A DNA stretch of 64,000 nucleotides from Actinomycetota bacterium (GTDB lineage Bacteria; Actinomycetota; Acidimicrobiia; Spongiisociales; UBA5794): the NCBI GenBank assembly GCA_030123765.1, contig JASJXX010000004.1, positions 3,601-67,600 on the forward strand. The letters are read 5' to 3'. Numbering within the stretch: position 1 is the first letter of the stretch; every line of letters begins with the position of its first letter. The notes beneath the pieces are model-generated. The model ran no database searches, had not been told where the DNA came from, and saw nothing but the letters and a program-made list of their open reading frames with translations. Below are positions 49,024 to 58,984 of the stretch, piece after piece. A program made the translations under genes and the position numbers.

Positions 49024-50383
49024 GGCCGCACGACTCCCGAATCGTGTACACGTGATCGGCGCCGGTGGTGCAGGCATGTCGGGACTGGCCAAGCTCCTGA
49101 GCCAGCTCGGCCACACCGTGACCGGATCGGACCTGAAGCCTGGTCGCATGTTCGACAGCCTCCCCGACGTCGGCGTCAGAACCTGGATCGGTCACAGACC
49201 TGAAGAGATCGCGGGCGTCGATCTCGTCGTTGTCTCGTCTGCCGTCCCCGATACGGACCCCGAGATCCAGGCAGCACGAGATGCAGGGGTGCGCGTCTGG
49301 GAGCGGCCGAGGCTGCTCGCCGCGTTGACTCGAGCCGTGCCAACGATCGGTTTCGCAGGCACCCACGGCAAGACGACGTCGACGGCTCTCGCTGTTGCAG
49401 CGTTGAGAGGCATCGGGATGGACCCGAGCTTCCTTGTTGGCGGCGAGATGATCGGCCTCAACACGGGGGCTCACCGCGGAGTGGACGACCTCTTCGTGCT
49501 CGAAGCCGATGAAGCCTTCGGAACTTTCCGACACCTGGAACTCCACGGCATCCTCGTGACCAACATCGAGGCCGACCATCTGGACTACTACGGCACGCTC
49601 GCCGCGCTTGAGGACGCGTTCGCGCAAGTTGTCGGATCTGTCAACGGCCCGAGGGTCGGGTGTATCGACGATGCGGGCGTTCGCAGGCTCAACCAACGAG
49701 TCGCGCTCACAACGTACGGGTTCGCCCCGGACGCGGAGTGGCGGATCCACGAACATCTCCACAGCGAGGGTGGCCAGAGGTTCACCCTCACGGGGCCAGG
49801 TACCAGTGTCGAGGTATCCCTCGAGAAGCCCGGCACCCATCTCGCGTCGAATGCTGCCGGCGTGCTCGCCTTCGTCGCGGAGCTCGGTTATGACGTGAGC
49901 GGAGCGGCCAGGGCAGTCGCAGATTTCGCCGGGGTACGAAGACGGTACGAGATACGAGCCAGGGTGCAGGGGGTGACCATCGTCGATGATTACGCGCACC
50001 ATCCCACTGAGGTGGCAGCGAGTATCCAAGCCGCGTCGTTCGGCACCCACGGCAACGTCGTCGTCGTCTTCCAGCCACACCGATATACGCGAACAGCCGA
50101 TCTCGGGCCTCAATTCGGCGGTCCACTCGCACTGGCACATCACACCGTTGTCACCGACGTGTACAGCGCAGGAGAGCAACCGATCATCGGTGTCTCGGGG
50201 CGCATCGTAGCGGCGGCGTCGGACGCTGCCGGGGGGAGTACCACCTACATCCCCAGCATCTCTGACGTCGTTTCGTTCGTTGCTGAGCTCGCGCAGCCTG
50301 GCGACACGATCCTCCTTCTCGGTGCAGGGGACATAACAACGATCGCGATGCCGATCGCCCTCGCGATAGAGGATCGCTCGTGA
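49016..50383 (+). CDS. murC: UDP-N-acetylmuramate--L-alanine ligase.
   Basis: 455 aa. Motifs VHVIGAGGAGMSGLA and GTHGKTTSTA. Confidence 0.9.
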   Translation: MTEAARLPNRVHVIGAGGAGMSGLAKLLSQLGHTVTGSDLKPGRMFDSLPDVGVRTWIGHRPEEIAGVDLVVVSSAVPDTDPEIQAARDAGVRVWERPRLLAALTRAVPTIGFAGTHGKTTSTALAVAALRGIGMDPSFLVGGEMIGLNTGAHRGVDDLFVLEADEAFGTFRHLELHGILVTNIEADHLDYYGTLAALEDAFAQVVGSVNGPRVGCIDDAGVRRLNQRVALTTYGFAPDAEWRIHEHLHSEGGQRFTLTGPGTSVEVSLEKPGTHLASNAAGVLAFVAELGYDVSGAARAVADFAGVRRRYEIRARVQGVTIVDDYAHHPTEVAASIQAASFGTHGNVVVVFQPHRYTRTADLGPQFGGPLALAHHTVVTDVYSAGEQPIIGVSGRIVAAASDAAGGSTTYIPSISDVVSFVAELAQPGDTILLLGAGDITTIAMPIALAIEDRS

Positions 50384-51279
50384 TCGAACATGCCTCTGTT
50401 CGACGTGATGTTCCCCTCGGGGAATTGACGACCTACAAGGTCGGGGGACCTGCTCGATGGTTCGCCGAGCCAGGCGATCTCGAGGAGCTCAGATCGATTC
50501 TCGCCGTCACTCCGGACGACACAGTGATCGTCGTCCTCGGGAGGGGGAGCAACGTGGTCATCGCGGACGGGGGAATCGACGGCCTCGTCATCCGGCTCGG
50601 AGGAGCGTTCGCCGCGATGGATCTCCGAGCGAGTGGTGAAGTCGTTGCCGGAGCCGCGACACCACTTCCGAAGCTGGCCCGAACCGCAGCAGTCAGAGGC
50701 CTGGCGGGTCTCGAGTTCTATGTGGGCATACCCGGATCGGTTGGCGGCGCTGTCCGAATGAACGCCGGTGGCCACGGCTCTGAAACGTCGGCCGTGCTTG
50801 ACCACGTGGTCGTCGTTGATCTTGCGTCCGGGTCCGTGACACAACGCGACACGGAGTCACTTGACCTCTCGTATCGACACTCGAACCTCACGGAGGCGGA
50901 GATCGTCGTCCAGGCGACGTTCCTTACGACTCCCGGTGATCCGGAAGAGATTGAGGCGACCCTGCGAGAGATCACGAGGTGGAGGAAGGACCACCAGCCC
51001 GGAGGGACACTGAACGCAGGGAGCGTATTCAAGAATCCAGCGGGCGAACCAGCGGGTGCGATCATCGACCGGTGTGGGCTGAAGGGCCGATCGATCGGTC
51101 CCGTTCACGTCTCACCCCTTCACGGGAACTTCCTCGTCGCAACCCGCGAAGCGACCGCGGAGGACATTTTTGCATTCGTGCACGAAATCAAGGATCGAGT
51201 TACCGAGTTGACGGGGATCATCCTCGAGCCTGAGATCCGCTTCCTCGGACATTTCGGAGCGCAGAGCGGGACGTCGTGA
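50380..51279 (+). CDS. murB: UDP-N-acetylenolpyruvoylglucosamine reductase.
   Basis: 299 aa. FAD-binding domain (LTTYKVGGPARWF, VLGRGSNVV). Confidence 0.88.
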   Translation: MIEHASVRRDVPLGELTTYKVGGPARWFAEPGDLEELRSILAVTPDDTVIVVLGRGSNVVIADGGIDGLVIRLGGAFAAMDLRASGEVVAGAATPLPKLARTAAVRGLAGLEFYVGIPGSVGGAVRMNAGGHGSETSAVLDHVVVVDLASGSVTQRDTESLDLSYRHSNLTEAEIVVQATFLTTPGDPEEIEATLREITRWRKDHQPGGTLNAGSVFKNPAGEPAGAIIDRCGLKGRSIGPVHVSPLHGNFLVATREATAEDIFAFVHEIKDRVTELTGIILEPEIRFLGHFGAQSGTS

Positions 51280-52046
51280 CTGCCATGGAGCCCCGCGTCG
51301 CGCAACGAAGGAAGAACGTCTCGGAGGACCGTGCCCGACGCCGACTGAGATGGATTCTCGTCGTGATAGCGGTTGTCGCAGTGATCTTCAGTGCCGTGTG
51401 GCTGATCCGCTCACCGATGCTCTCGATTCGGAGTGTCGAGGTGGCCGGCGCGGTGCATTCGGACCCGTGGTCAGCACTCCGATCTCTCGACATGGACATC
51501 GGGACTCCGACCATCGACGTTGACCGTCATGCAATAGCGTTCGTGGTCCTTAAGGACCCCTGGGTCGCCTCCGTTGTGGTAGAGGTCGTCTGGCCGGGGA
51601 CGGTCGTGATCGATGTGGTTGAGCGCACACCCGCAGCGCTGGTGCTGACGGGAGGCCGGTGGATGCTCACTGCCCTTGACGGCGTGGTGATCAAGGAAGT
51701 CGTCGACCCGCCGACCGGGGACGCTGTGGTCGTCATTGAACAGGGGTCGCTCGGGTCCGGAGATCGGATCGCGGACCAGAACGTCCTGGCTGCGTTGAAG
51801 TTCTTGCAGCACTTGAGAGAGGAGAGTCGAGCAGGGGCACGCGTCTTCGTCGAAGGGGACGGGCTCGCAGCCGTGGTAGCGGGCCACGACGTTCGCCTTG
51901 GCAGACCCGTTGATATGGCTGAGAAGGCGGTCGTCCTTGATGCCCTCCTCAAAGCAGGGCTCGAAGAGGGGGCGTCGATCGACCTGATCGCACCGTCGCG
52001 GCCCGCAGTCACCAACCCTCAACCTGAACAAGAGGTTGAGGAATAA
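51276..52046 (+). CDS. ftsQ: Cell division protein FtsQ (POTRA domain).
   Basis: 256 aa. It has a basic N-terminus, one TM segment ([19 protein letters not shown]) and then a POTRA domain. Confidence 0.85.
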   Translation: MTAMEPRVAQRRKNVSEDRARRRLRWILVVIAVVAVIFSAVWLIRSPMLSIRSVEVAGAVHSDPWSALRSLDMDIGTPTIDVDRHAIAFVVLKDPWVASVVVEVVWPGTVVIDVVERTPAALVLTGGRWMLTALDGVVIKEVVDPPTGDAVVVIEQGSLGSGDRIADQNVLAALKFLQHLREESRAGARVFVEGDGLAAVVAGHDVRLGRPVDMAEKAVVLDALLKAGLEEGASIDLIAPSRPAVTNPQPEQEVEE

Positions 52047-52062
52047 GGCTGGCTTCTGTCTC

Positions 52063-52080
52063 AACCTTAGGGCTAAGGTT
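52063..52080. promoter_or_regulatory. Perfect 8-2-8 palindrome AACCTTAGggCTAAGGTT in the ftsQ-ftsZ intergenic region.
   Basis: The inverted repeat is exact. Its 2-nt centre favours a dimeric DNA-binding-site interpretation over an RNA hairpin. It lies 32 nt upstream of the ftsZ ATG and is followed by TTGACG. Confidence 0.35.
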
Positions 52081-52111
52081 AGTTGACGCCTTCTCTGGGA
52101 GGGACGTACAT

Positions 52112-53194
52112 ATGGCAAAAGAAGCGAACAGATCGCCTACAACCTACCTCGCCGTCATCAAGGTCATCGGCGTTGGCGGCGGCGGCGTGAATGCCGTGAA
52201 CCGCATGATCGAGCAGGGCGTTGGCGGCGTCGAGTTCATAGCGGTGAACACAGACGCGCAAGCACTGCTGATGTCAGATGCCGACCTGAAACTTGACATT
52301 GGCAGGGACTCGACGCGGGGACTTGGCGCCGGAGCAGATCCCGAAGTGGGAAGGGAAGCCGCTGAGGCCCATCGCGATGAGCTCGAGGATGCGATGACTG
52401 GTGCAGACATGGTATTCATCACTGCCGGCGAAGGCGGTGGCACAGGCACTGGAGCAGCTCCCATCGTCGCCGAGATCGCCCGTGCGTGTGGCGCCCTCAC
52501 CGTGGGAGTCGTGACGAGGCCGTTCGGCTTTGAGGGAAGGCGCCGGAGCGTCCAGGCAGAGCAGGGCATCCAGGCTCTCAAGGCCGCCGTGGACACGCTC
52601 ATCATCATCCCGAACGAGCGTCTCTTGGAGATAGCAGAGCCCTCGACGCCTATGGCTGAAGCGTTCCGCATGGCTGATGAAGTCCTCACCGCGGGTGTGC
52701 AGGGGATCACAGAGCTGATCACTACTCCCGGGCTCATCAATGTTGACTTCGCCGACGTGAAGGCCGTCATGTCCGACGCCGGTTCTGCCGTAATGGGTAT
52801 CGGGCGGTCATCGGGGGACAGTCGCGCTCAACAAGCGGCGGAGAAAGCGATCTCCAGCCCGCTCCTCGAGACATCGATGGAGGGTGCTCGGGGTGTCCTT
52901 CTGTCGATCTCGGGACCTAGCGACATGACACTGCACGAGGTGAACACGGCTGCCTCGCTGATCTCGGATTACTCTGACAGTGATGCGAACATCATCTTCG
53001 GCGCGGTGATCGACGACACCCTCGGCGACGAGATGCGCGTCACCGTGATCGCAGCAGGATTTGACCGTGATCGCCGCGGGAGTTTCTCGACGCAACAGTC
53101 CAGGACCCAACGTCCTGGCGTTCTCAGTGACAGCGACCGAGACGCACCATCTGGATCTGAGGAGATGGATATCCCCGGCTTCGTGCAGGGATGA
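52112..53194 (+). CDS. ftsZ: Cell division GTPase FtsZ.
   Basis: 360 aa. Motifs [13 protein letters not shown] and NTDAQAL. A GGGAGGGA SD sits 7 nt upstream. Confidence 0.95.
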   Translation: MAKEANRSPTTYLAVIKVIGVGGGGVNAVNRMIEQGVGGVEFIAVNTDAQALLMSDADLKLDIGRDSTRGLGAGADPEVGREAAEAHRDELEDAMTGADMVFITAGEGGGTGTGAAPIVAEIARACGALTVGVVTRPFGFEGRRRSVQAEQGIQALKAAVDTLIIIPNERLLEIAEPSTPMAEAFRMADEVLTAGVQGITELITTPGLINVDFADVKAVMSDAGSAVMGIGRSSGDSRAQQAAEKAISSPLLETSMEGARGVLLSISGPSDMTLHEVNTAASLISDYSDSDANIIFGAVIDDTLGDEMRVTVIAAGFDRDRRGSFSTQQSRTQRPGVLSDSDRDAPSGSEEMDIPGFVQG

Positions 53195-53814
53195 TCCTCC
53201 CTCGGGGGTTCCCCGGGGTTGCCTTCGGTGAGGCCAGTGATGGGGACGCTCGGCACGACCTCGACGTCAGGGAGCGGATCTCTACCGATCTCGGCATCTC
53301 GACCGAGTGGGCCCTCATCGACCAGGTCCACGGATGTCGTGTCGTTCGGGCAGACGTCCCAGGACACCTCGGAGAGGCAGACGGCATCGTGACCGCACGC
53401 AGGGGCCTCCCCCTCGCTGTCGCGACAGCCGACTGCGTCCCGATCGTGCTCGTAGGGACGCGCACGGTGGCGGTAGTGCATGCCGGATGGCGGGGAGTTG
53501 CCGGAGGCGTCGCGACGAGCGCACGGCGTGCCATCGCCGAACTGGGCGACACGGTGCAAGCCGCCGTGATCGGACCCCACATCGGACCGTGCTGTTACGA
53601 GGTAGGGAGCGAAGTTCTCGAAGCCGTCGAAGGTTTCGAGGCGCGCACGACGGAGGAGAAGGTGAGCGTGGATCTGGGCGCGGCGATTCGATCTCAGCTC
53701 GCCGGCGTCGAGACTCTTCAGATTCCGGGATGCACCGCTCATGATGAGGAGTTCAACTCCTATCGTCGTACCCGGACCCCACGACGCCAGGTGACGGTGG
53801 CATGGATTCCCTAG
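53191..53814 (+). CDS. pgeF: Peptidoglycan editing factor PgeF (YfiH/DUF152 laccase-like).
   Basis: 207 aa. It overlaps the ftsZ stop (ATGA). The conserved H..C..H triad context reads [20 protein letters not shown]. Confidence 0.8.
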   Translation: MILPRGFPGVAFGEASDGDARHDLDVRERISTDLGISTEWALIDQVHGCRVVRADVPGHLGEADGIVTARRGLPLAVATADCVPIVLVGTRTVAVVHAGWRGVAGGVATSARRAIAELGDTVQAAVIGPHIGPCCYEVGSEVLEAVEGFEARTTEEKVSVDLGAAIRSQLAGVETLQIPGCTAHDEEFNSYRRTRTPRRQVTVAWIP

Positions 53815-54464
53815 GGCTTGCACAGGTCACCGCGGCGATCGAGGACGCTGCGAAGCGTTCCGGCGCAGGGCGGGGAGCGATCACGCTCGTCGCCGTCTCA
53901 AAGGGTCGATCGAATGACGCCGTCGCTCTCGCCGCTGCCGCCGGGCAGACAATATTTGGTGAGAACAGGCAGCAGGGACTCGCCGAGCGCATCGAAGGTG
54001 ATCTCCCCGCCGGAATTGAGTGGCATTTCGTCGGTCCGCTTCAGAGCAGAAAGGTTCTCTACGTCGCGCAGCATGTGACCCTGCTCCACTCCATGGATCG
54101 CATCTCCCTTGCCCACAAATGGGCTGCGGCCGGATCGACTCCAGTTCTTGCGCAGTTCAATCTTGCTGCAGAGCCCCAGAAGTCAGGGTTCGATCCCGAT
54201 GATGCTGACCGCGTCGTCGAGGAGCTTCTCGCTTGTGGTGTTGATGTGCAGGGGGTCATGGCCATCCCCCCGATCGCCAGCGACGCGGAGTTGACAAGGC
54301 CGCACTTCGCCAGGCTGCGCCAAATATTCGAGCGCCTCCGCGACAGATACGATGGGATCGTGCACTGTTCGATGGGCATGTCCTCGGACTTCACCGTGGC
54401 GATCGAAGAAGGGTGCACTATGGTGCGCGTAGGAAGGGCTATCTTTGAGGCAACGGACCGCTGA
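53802..54464 (+). CDS. yggS: YggS-family PLP homeostasis protein.
   Basis: 220 aa. Motifs LVAVSKGRS and IGPLQSRK-like FVGPLQSRK. Confidence 0.85.
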   Translation: MDSLGLAQVTAAIEDAAKRSGAGRGAITLVAVSKGRSNDAVALAAAAGQTIFGENRQQGLAERIEGDLPAGIEWHFVGPLQSRKVLYVAQHVTLLHSMDRISLAHKWAAAGSTPVLAQFNLAAEPQKSGFDPDDADRVVEELLACGVDVQGVMAIPPIASDAELTRPHFARLRQIFERLRDRYDGIVHCSMGMSSDFTVAIEEGCTMVRVGRAIFEATDR

Positions 54465-54483
54465 AGGAACCTAGGAAACCAAC

Positions 54484-55068
54484 ATGTCATCAATGTGGAA
54501 CAAGACCCTCTTTTACCTCGGATTGGTCGACGAGGAGGAGAAGGGTGCAGCGACCGTTGCCTCGCCATCAGGCAGTGTCACGACGGTTGCGCCGACAGCG
54601 GAATCTCAGATGCGACCGCCCTCCGCCGTGGCGAAGCCCGGAAGTGGGATCGCGGGACGCAGAATCGAGCCGCCTGACTCGACGCGTCAGCGCTTCTCCG
54701 AGGATCGGGCGCACGCGGAGGCGGGAGTGTACATTCACCCGACCGCGGCATCGGCCGCCACTGCTGGGCTCTCCTCTCGTCGGACGAACCCGGAGTCCCA
54801 CGTCATCGTTGCGCGGAATTTCTCAGATGCTCAGACACTCGCGGACGCGATCCGCTCGGGTCGAAGCGTCGTCCTTGACCTGCGCAGCACCGAGCCTGAG
54901 ATGGTGAGACGGATCGTTGACTTCACCTCAGGTCTCACGTATGCGCTCGGCGGCAAGATGGTGAAGACCTCTCAGGGCGTCATTCTCGTGACGCCTACCG
55001 GTGTGTCGCTCGGTGAGGTCGAGCAAGATCGACTCGCGGGGCTCGGGCTCTTCGACACACAGGAGTGA
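54484..55068 (+). CDS. sepF: Cell division protein SepF.
   Basis: 194 aa. The N-terminal amphipathic membrane-targeting helix reads MSSMWNKTLFYLGLV. The SepF C-terminus reads VVLDLRSTEPEMVRRIVDFTSGLTYALGGKM. Confidence 0.88.
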   Translation: MSSMWNKTLFYLGLVDEEEKGAATVASPSGSVTTVAPTAESQMRPPSAVAKPGSGIAGRRIEPPDSTRQRFSEDRAHAEAGVYIHPTAASAATAGLSSRRTNPESHVIVARNFSDAQTLADAIRSGRSVVLDLRSTEPEMVRRIVDFTSGLTYALGGKMVKTSQGVILVTPTGVSLGEVEQDRLAGLGLFDTQE

Positions 55069-55069
55069 C

Positions 55070-55339
55070 ATGTCTCTCCTCCTCCTGCTGATCGATTGGT
55101 TCGTCCTCGCGATGTTCGTGTGGATCGTGCTCTCCTACATCGTCAATTTCGGACGAGTTGGATGGGACCACCCTGTGCGCAGGATCTACGACGGGCTCTC
55201 GAAGCTGGTTGAGCCGGTACTCCGACCGATTAGATCGGTGGTGCCACCCCTGCGCATTGGCGGCACCGCGCTCGATCTCTCACCTCTCCTCTTGATCATG
55301 GGGCTCCAACTTCTCAGTTGGCTGCTCGGCGGGCGGTGA
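55070..55339 (+). CDS. yggT: YggT-family membrane protein.
   Basis: The start is set at ATG 55070 with an AGGAG SD 5 nt upstream (MSLLLLLIDWFVLAMFVWIVLSYIVNF). The track ORF starts at 55001 inside sepF. Confidence 0.8.
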   Translation: MSLLLLLIDWFVLAMFVWIVLSYIVNFGRVGWDHPVRRIYDGLSKLVEPVLRPIRSVVPPLRIGGTALDLSPLLLIMGLQLLSWLLGGR

Positions 55340-58300
55340 GGTTCTGGGTGTGCGTGGCTCTGCACTGAGGAGCACATGTGCATCACCGAGTTCGAACGAG
55401 TCAGCTCCGGGCGCGGCATCTGCGCGAACTGAGACCGCGAGAACCTCGCTCGCGATCATGTCGCTGTACTCTCTGAATGCTTCGATGATCAGGGGATCCT
55501 GGCTCTTCCACGCGAGGTGGATGCGTTGGGTCACGTTGAGGTCGAGTGCTCTCCGAAGCCCCTGAACGCGGTTGACGATCTCTCTCGCCAGACCCTCGGT
55601 CCGTAGAGCGTCGGTCATCTCGGTGTCGAGCGAGACGGAGATGGATCCCTCCGAGGCCACGACTGTCCCCGCACGAGGTGTGCGGGTCACGACGATATCC
55701 GAAGCGGAGAGGGGGAATGCGTCGATTGTGACGGTCGCGCCGTCGAGGAGCGTGGCGATGGTTGCATGGTCGAGCGCTTCGATGACCGCGGCTACCTGTC
55801 TCATCTCCCTGCCGTAGCGGGGACCGAGGATTTTGAAGTTCGCCTTCGCGCTGAGGTCGACGAGCCCGGCCTCCTCCTGGTGCACGGCGACTGTCGCGAC
55901 GTTCAGCTCCTCGGCTATGAGAGAGATGTGGTCTTTCACGGCCGCCTGCTCCACGCGGGAGCGGGTGACGACAGTGACCGAAGAGAGCGGCTGGCGCACC
56001 GGCAGATCATTCCGTTTTCGCAGACCGTGGCCGAGACTCACGACCGTGCGGACCGTCGCCATGGATCGCTCAAGGTCTCTGTCGATCGCGTCGTGATCGG
56101 CTATCGGATAATCGGTGTGGTGCACGCTCTCGGGTCCGTCGGGGTCGACGGGGCGGACCAGGCCCTGATAGATCTCTTCGGTGATGAACGGGAGGATCGG
56201 AGCGGCGACGCGGCTGAACACTGCGAGTACGTCGTGGAGCGTCGCGAATGCAGCCATCTTGTCGTTGTTCTCCTCTGACGAGCGGTGCGACCAGAATCTC
56301 CGTCGGGATCTGCGGATGTACCAGTTGGTGAGATCACCGATGAAGTTGATGATCGGAGGTACGACGGCGAAGAGCCGGTAGGCCTCCATCTCCCGGTTCA
56401 CGTCTGCAATCAGGCTCTGAAGCACCGAGATGATCCAGCGGTCGATCTCGGGACGGTCCGAGAGGGGAGGCGCCGATCGGAGATCTGCGGGGGTGATCCC
56501 ATCAGCTTCGGCGTAGGTCGTGAAGAAGGAGTAAGCGTTCCAGAGGGGGAGCAGCACCGTTCGGACGCTCTCATGCACACCTGCTTCCGCGAAGCGGAGC
56601 GGCTCCGCTTTCACGAGAGGGGAGTTGATGAGATAGGAACGAAGAGCGTCAGCGCCGTAATCGTTCAGCACGTGGATCGGATCCGGGTAGTTCTTCTGCG
56701 ACTTGGACATCCTCCGCCCGTCTTCGGCGAGGACCATGCCGGTGACGACACAGTTCTTGAAGGGTGCCTGGTCGCGGATCGCCGTCGATAGGATCAGCAG
56801 CGTGTAGAACCACCCGCGAGTCTGGTCGAGTCCCTCAGCGATGAAATCTGCAGGGAAGCGCTGCTCGAACCGGTCCTTGTTCTCGAACGGGTAATGGATC
56901 TGGGCGAAAGGCATGGCTCCGCTCTCGAACCAGCAGTCAAGAACTTCGGGGACTCTCTGCATCGAACCCGAGCACTTCTCGCACTCCCAGGTGACGTCGT
57001 CGACGAAGTGCCGGTGCAGGTCGTCGAGCATCACGCCCGAGAGATCGAAGAGCTCCTGACGCGAGGAGACCGCAACCTGGTGAGGGCAGCCATCGCACTC
57101 CCAGACCGGGATGCACGATCCCCAGTACCGGTTCCGGCTGATGGCCCAATCTCTGGCATTCTGGAGCCAGTTCCCGAAGCGGTTGCTGCCAATCGCCTCA
57201 GGTACCCACCGGATGTCGCTGTTGACCTCGACCATTCGATCACGGAACTTCTCCACAGCGACGAACCAGGTTGGTATTGCCTTGTAGATGAGCGGAGTGC
57301 CCGTCCGCCAGCAGAACGGGTAGGAGTGGCGGATCGTCGACCGATCAAGGAGCTTCCCTGAGGCTTTGAGAAGATCGATGAGGACGCGGTCAGCATCCTT
57401 GACGATTACACCCGCTACTTCGGGCACGTCGTCGGTGAACCGCCCCTCGGCGTCGACGGGGTCAAGGATGACGTCGATTCTCTGTTCCTGCATCGTGCGA
57501 AAATCCTCTTCTCCGTATGCAGGGGCTATGTGCACCAGGCCGGTACCTTCGGAGACGGTCACATGGTCCGCAGGCACTACGACGAATGCGCCGTCGACGC
57601 GCTTGTCGAGGAAGTATCCGAACGGCGGCTCGTACTCCGCTCCTACGAGGTCGGACCCCGCGGCGGTCGCGAGGACATCGTACGTATCGCCGAAGACGGC
57701 ATCGGCTCGTGCGCTTCCAACCCAGTAGACCGACTCCGTGCCGTGCGGTCGGACCTTCGAGTACTCGATCTCCGGTCCGACGGCGATAGCGAGATTTCCT
57801 GGCAGGGTCCACGGCGTCGTCGTCCAGATGACCAGGTGATCTCCGCGTGAGACGGCGCCGGTGTCTGACACAGCGGTGAGTGCGACGGTTATCGACGGAT
57901 CATCCACGTCCCTGTAGTCGAGGTTCGCTTCGAAGTTCGACAGCGGGGTGGTCGCCCCGTATGAGTAGGGGAGCACCTTGAAATCCCGGTAGATGAGGCC
58001 TCTCTCCCAGAGCTGGCCAAACACCCACCAGACGCTCTCCATGTAGTCGACATCCATCGTCTTGTAGTCGTCGTCGAAATCGACCCAGCGGCCGAGTCGT
58101 CGTGTGATCTCGTACCAGTCGCCTGCGATATCGTTCACTTTCGTGCGGCAGGCCTCGTTGAAGACGTCGATTCCGAGTTTCTGAATCTCGCTCGGTCCTG
58201 ACACGCCGAGCTCTTTCTCCACCTCCATCTCGACGGGGAGACCATGGGTGTCCCACCCGAAGCGCCGCTCGACCCGGTGGCCTCGCATCGTCCAGTACCG

Positions 58301-58522
58301 CGGCACGATGTCCTTGACGACCCCCTGGAGCAGATTCCCGTAGTGGGGTGATCCGGTGGCAAAGGGAGGCCCGTCGTAGAACGTGTACTCGGTGTCAGGG
58401 GCGCGGAGTTCCACAGAGGCTTTGAACGCGTCGATGGAGTCCCAGAATGCCAGGATGCGCGCATCGAGAGCAGGGAGGTCGACTGCCGAGGAAACCTTCG
58501 GGAATGTGGGAGTGTGTGTCAC
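55280..58522 (-). CDS. ileS: Isoleucine--tRNA ligase (type 2).
   Basis: 1080 aa with HIGH (PPFATGSPHYGNLL) and KMSKS motifs. Its 3' end overlaps the yggT 3' end by 60 nt, convergently. Confidence 0.93.
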   Translation of the reverse strand: MTHTPTFPKVSSAVDLPALDARILAFWDSIDAFKASVELRAPDTEYTFYDGPPFATGSPHYGNLLQGVVKDIVPRYWTMRGHRVERRFGWDTHGLPVEMEVEKELGVSGPSEIQKLGIDVFNEACRTKVNDIAGDWYEITRRLGRWVDFDDDYKTMDVDYMESVWWVFGQLWERGLIYRDFKVLPYSYGATTPLSNFEANLDYRDVDDPSITVALTAVSDTGAVSRGDHLVIWTTTPWTLPGNLAIAVGPEIEYSKVRPHGTESVYWVGSARADAVFGDTYDVLATAAGSDLVGAEYEPPFGYFLDKRVDGAFVVVPADHVTVSEGTGLVHIAPAYGEEDFRTMQEQRIDVILDPVDAEGRFTDDVPEVAGVIVKDADRVLIDLLKASGKLLDRSTIRHSYPFCWRTGTPLIYKAIPTWFVAVEKFRDRMVEVNSDIRWVPEAIGSNRFGNWLQNARDWAISRNRYWGSCIPVWECDGCPHQVAVSSRQELFDLSGVMLDDLHRHFVDDVTWECEKCSGSMQRVPEVLDCWFESGAMPFAQIHYPFENKDRFEQRFPADFIAEGLDQTRGWFYTLLILSTAIRDQAPFKNCVVTGMVLAEDGRRMSKSQKNYPDPIHVLNDYGADALRSYLINSPLVKAEPLRFAEAGVHESVRTVLLPLWNAYSFFTTYAEADGITPADLRSAPPLSDRPEIDRWIISVLQSLIADVNREMEAYRLFAVVPPIINFIGDLTNWYIRRSRRRFWSHRSSEENNDKMAAFATLHDVLAVFSRVAAPILPFITEEIYQGLVRPVDPDGPESVHHTDYPIADHDAIDRDLERSMATVRTVVSLGHGLRKRNDLPVRQPLSSVTVVTRSRVEQAAVKDHISLIAEELNVATVAVHQEEAGLVDLSAKANFKILGPRYGREMRQVAAVIEALDHATIATLLDGATVTIDAFPLSASDIVVTRTPRAGTVVASEGSISVSLDTEMTDALRTEGLAREIVNRVQGLRRALDLNVTQRIHLAWKSQDPLIIEAFREYSDMIASEVLAVSVRADAAPGADSFELGDAHVLLSAEPRTPRTSPPAEQPTEKLEPHDQEER

Positions 58523-58601
58523 AGCGTGGCGGAATGTTAACGGCCCGGTCGAACCGTTGGGTGCATCACCTCTGCTACATTCCTGCGCCTGAGGAGGTTA
58601 C

Positions 58602-58973
58602 ATGACCAGGGAGCTGGCGTCGTCGACACTTGAGAGATTCGCTCGTAAACTTGAGGTTGAGCGTGAACGCCACGAGCGCATCATCGATGAACACGAGAGC
58701 GAACGCGAAGCAGGCATGATCGCTGAGGGATCGGCCGATAGGAACGCAGATCCTGACAACGTCGATGGTGGAGCGATCAACGTCGAAATTGGGATGGATA
58801 ACGCAACGGTTCAGAATGCGCGCGATCTGCTTGCACAGGTCATTCACGCCCAGAAGCGAATGAAGAAGGGTCTCTACGGGATATGCGAAGTGACGGGAGA
58901 ACCGATTCCGGTGGCGAGGCTCGAAGCGCTGCCACACGCGACGATGACGGTGGAAGCAGCTCGCAGACCCTGA
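58602..58973 (+). CDS. TraR/DksA-family protein whose C4 zinc finger is reduced to a single cysteine.
   Basis: 123 aa. The coiled-coil N-terminus is followed by GLYGICEVTGEPIPVARLEALPHATMTVE. The canonical form is GxCExCGxxIPxxRLxAxPxAxxCxxC. Only the first Cys is retained. Confidence 0.65.
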   Translation: MTRELASSTLERFARKLEVERERHERIIDEHESEREAGMIAEGSADRNADPDNVDGGAINVEIGMDNATVQNARDLLAQVIHAQKRMKKGLYGICEVTGEPIPVARLEALPHATMTVEAARRP

Positions 58974-58984
58974 GCAGTCGCAAG

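Noticed and set aside
58523-58601. A possible T-box leader for ileS.
   Set aside because: Only 79 nt separate ileS from the divergent dksA-like gene. That is far too short for a T-box (~250 nt). No specifier or T-box consensus was seen.
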